Origin: a virus
Taxonomy: Duplodnaviria > Caudoviricetes
Virus record (IMG/VR): IMGVR_UViG_3300003887_000057
Location: 1-37,573 of that record
Reading direction: 5' to 3' (one strand)
DNA length: 37,573 nucleotides
Positions 35,686-37,573 of the stretch are shown piece by piece (the first letter of the stretch is position 1; each line of letters starts with the position of its first letter). The position numbers and the translations under genes are program-made. The notes under the pieces are model-generated. The model was not told the origin of the DNA. It did not search any database and was given only the letters and a program-made list of their open reading frames with translations.

Positions 35686-36339
35686 CTACTTCGTCAGATC
35701 CCAGGTCCAGCTTTCTCCCAGTTCGGATTGGAAGCCGTTGGTCAGTTGCACCTTCTTGAAGCCCAGCTCTTTGGCGCTCGAGATGATGTCTCCCTTTCTG
35801 AGTTCGTGGGCAGCGACCTTTGAAGTGAGCGCCCATTTGATCCTCAGCACTTCAGATTTTGATCCCTGCGTGGTCACATCGACATTAAGGCCGCGATCCA
35901 GGAGCAGGGTTTCAAGGTTCTTCGCGAAATCCTTTCGGGAGAGCAGGAGGGCTGCGGCCTTGTTGGCAGATCTCTCCTTCTGTTGAGCAATGCGGGCGGC
36001 TTCCTGCTTGGCCTGTAGTTCCGAGATGCGAGACTTAACCGCTTTGAGCCCATCGGTCCCATCTGGGATTGCCTTTGACTGGCGCACCGCTTCGCCTAGC
36101 TGTCCAGAATTGAGAGCTTTGGCCGCTGCCTCAAGGTGCTGGGCGGACGTCATGGCCTCAAATCGCGCCTCCTCTGCAGCTTTTTTTTCGGCAATCTTCC
36201 GTGCTGTCTCTGCCGCCTTTGCTTGTTCGCGCTTAGCCTGCAGGTGGATATCCAACTCAAGGGCGCTAATCAATCCGGCAGTCGGAAGGACGATGGCGCA
36301 GATTGCGATGGCGATGGATTGCTTTCTGGAAAGGGCCAT
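35686..36339 (-). CDS. Membrane-anchored accessory protein (moron)
   Basis: GGAG RBS, N-terminal TM helix, Ala/Lys/Glu-rich linker, C-terminal alpha/beta domain; convergent with the tail fibre gene. Confidence 0.75.
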   Translation of the reverse strand: MALSRKQSIAIAICAIVLPTAGLISALELDIHLQAKREQAKAAETARKIAEKKAAEEARFEAMTSAQHLEAAAKALNSGQLGEAVRQSKAIPDGTDGLKAVKSRISELQAKQEAARIAQQKERSANKAAALLLSRKDFAKNLETLLLDRGLNVDVTTQGSKSEVLRIKWALTSKVAAHELRKGDIISSAKELGFKKVQLTNGFQSELGESWTWDLTK

Positions 36340-36397
36340 GTCGATTCTCCATTCCTGGAGAGACTATGCCGACTATTTCCATGAGTCGATATGTGAC

Positions 36398-36652
36398 TTA
36401 TTCAATATCATCTAGCACTACACCCTCTGCCAGGTGAACCCATTTGTCGGCATAGTCGGAAAGCGCCTCTCGGTACGCAGCGTGTTTCGATATGTTTCGG
36501 GCTTTCGCGATCTTCCGAATGAGGGTGTGCACTGACACTGGAATTTTAACGGTTTCCGGTATGGACGGAGCCGCGGGCTCATCATTTCGCGGGCGTCCCT
36601 CATCTCTCCGGTAATCGATCATCCATCGACTGCACCACGAAGCGAATGTCAA
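36398..36652 (-). CDS. Ribbon-helix-helix-like DNA-binding protein
   Basis: ETVKIPVSVHTLIRKIAKARNISKHAAYREALSDY; true start possibly the MIDY ATG at 36622. Confidence 0.65.
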   Translation of the reverse strand: MTFASWCSRWMIDYRRDEGRPRNDEPAAPSIPETVKIPVSVHTLIRKIAKARNISKHAAYREALSDYADKWVHLAEGVVLDDIE

Positions 36653-36660
36653 AAACGGTA

Positions 36661-37164
36661 CTACCGTTTGATAGACAGACCAGGATTAGTCTCCTCCCTG
36701 CTCCGAAAAGACAGGCTAGCTAGGGCGGCAATAATGAAGCGCAGCCTCTGGCGCAACTCGAATTTGTTGGGTCGATCTTCACAGGCCCACTCGAGCATTC
36801 CGAAGATGGACCACGCTGTAACCCTGTCGAGACGCCCCGTTTCGACAGCAGCCGCAACAATGGCCCTGCGCTGATCTTTTGTGGCGAGGCGCACAGCCCA
36901 CGCTCGAGATAGTGTGTGCGTGTCAGGAGCAAACGCAGCGACAACGCCAGTCGGTAGCTCTTCCATGATCGACAACAACTCGTGATCGATGAGCCGATGG
37001 CACAACTCACCATTGTTGGCGAATCGGTCATACAGGCGGGACACGCTCTGGCCCGATACGATGGCGCACTCGGGGATTGTTACTTTTCGCGGGTGCTCAT
37101 GCAGTAGCGCACGGGCGCTCATCAACGCTGACCTGTCGGCTAACTCAGCCCTGCCAACCCGCAT
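36661..37164 (-). CDS. TetR-like transcriptional regulator
   Basis: ARALLHE...VTIPECAIVSGQSVSRLYDRFANNGEL resembles the TetR N-terminal HTH. Confidence 0.65.
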   Translation of the reverse strand: MRVGRAELADRSALMSARALLHEHPRKVTIPECAIVSGQSVSRLYDRFANNGELCHRLIDHELLSIMEELPTGVVAAFAPDTHTLSRAWAVRLATKDQRRAIVAAAVETGRLDRVTAWSIFGMLEWACEDRPNKFELRQRLRFIIAALASLSFRSREETNPGLSIKR

Positions 37165-37339
37165 AGAAACTCAATCTCCAGGTTTTTTTACTCGTAAACC
37201 CCTTGTATTTAGAGTTTATGATTCGGCAAAAATTACGTCTCCAGGTTTGGAAATATGTCTAATTGCTTGGGTTATGCTCGATGCACCCGATTGAAGACAT
37301 CTTAGTTTTCAATATCAACATCAAATATCGGAGACATAC

Positions 37340-37573
37340 GTGAGCAACTTAAGCGAGGCGGATCCAGAGGCAGCTACTAGGTTCTGGAATGGGCCAACCC
37401 GTGTCCCCCTGGACCAAATCCAGGCAATGGCATCCAGTCGAGACCCCAAGATTCGGAAGGCCGGGATGATGCTCGCCGATCACCAGTCGGGGGAGTTCTT
37501 CCGCTCGGACCTGGACGAGTTGATCCGGCAGATACGGGCAGGGATTGAGATTCCGGCCCCTGAAAAGTTGTGA
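37340..37573 (+). CDS. Hypothetical protein divergent from the TetR-like gene
   Basis: GGAG RBS, GTG start, 77 aa. Confidence 0.6.
   Translation: MSNLSEADPEAATRFWNGPTRVPLDQIQAMASSRDPKIRKAGMMLADHQSGEFFRSDLDELIRQIRAGIEIPAPEKL

Larger units (their letters stand above)
1..37573 (+). mobile_element. Temperate siphovirus-like prophage/phage genome segment; attL/attR and a CI-type repressor not identified
   Basis: Contiguous antirepressor, replication, terminase, portal, protease, capsid, tail tube, tape measure, tail fibre and lysis genes, with many ATGA/TGATG translational couplings. Confidence 0.93.

Overview
The whole window reads as one temperate, long-tailed (siphovirus-like) prophage or phage genome segment, almost entirely on the + strand. 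Order: early/regulatory genes (Rha-KilAC antirepressor, small Zn-finger genes), an adjacent HD-domain plus DUF550/MazG-like nucleotide hydrolase pair, and a replication initiator with internal 11-bp iterons. Next comes a 5-6 kb variable region (about 5.2-11 kb) of tiny co-oriented genes and gene fragments, including a truncated tyrosine recombinase, a doubly truncated DnaB and an intact SRAP gene. Then a Mor-like activator, a full-length tyrosine recombinase, a lambda-like cos candidate, Nu1/GpA terminase, a moron plus lysis block that separates terminase from portal, lambda-type portal and S49 protease with a Mu gpT-like capsid, a non-contractile tail module with a -1 frameshift chaperone, tape measure, tail fibre, and terminal regulators. 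The most striking unexplained signal is a 7-bp motif, (A/C)TG(T/C)CCA, at or within a few bases of most stop codons and truncation points in the variable region. It is often followed by a shared GAAAGG/GGAG-AACCA-start leader, and the region lies between two tyrosine recombinase genes. This looks like an integron-like gene-cassette array using a non-attC core site, but that is a hypothesis. All calls come from reading the sequence by eye; no database searches were run and no host is assigned.
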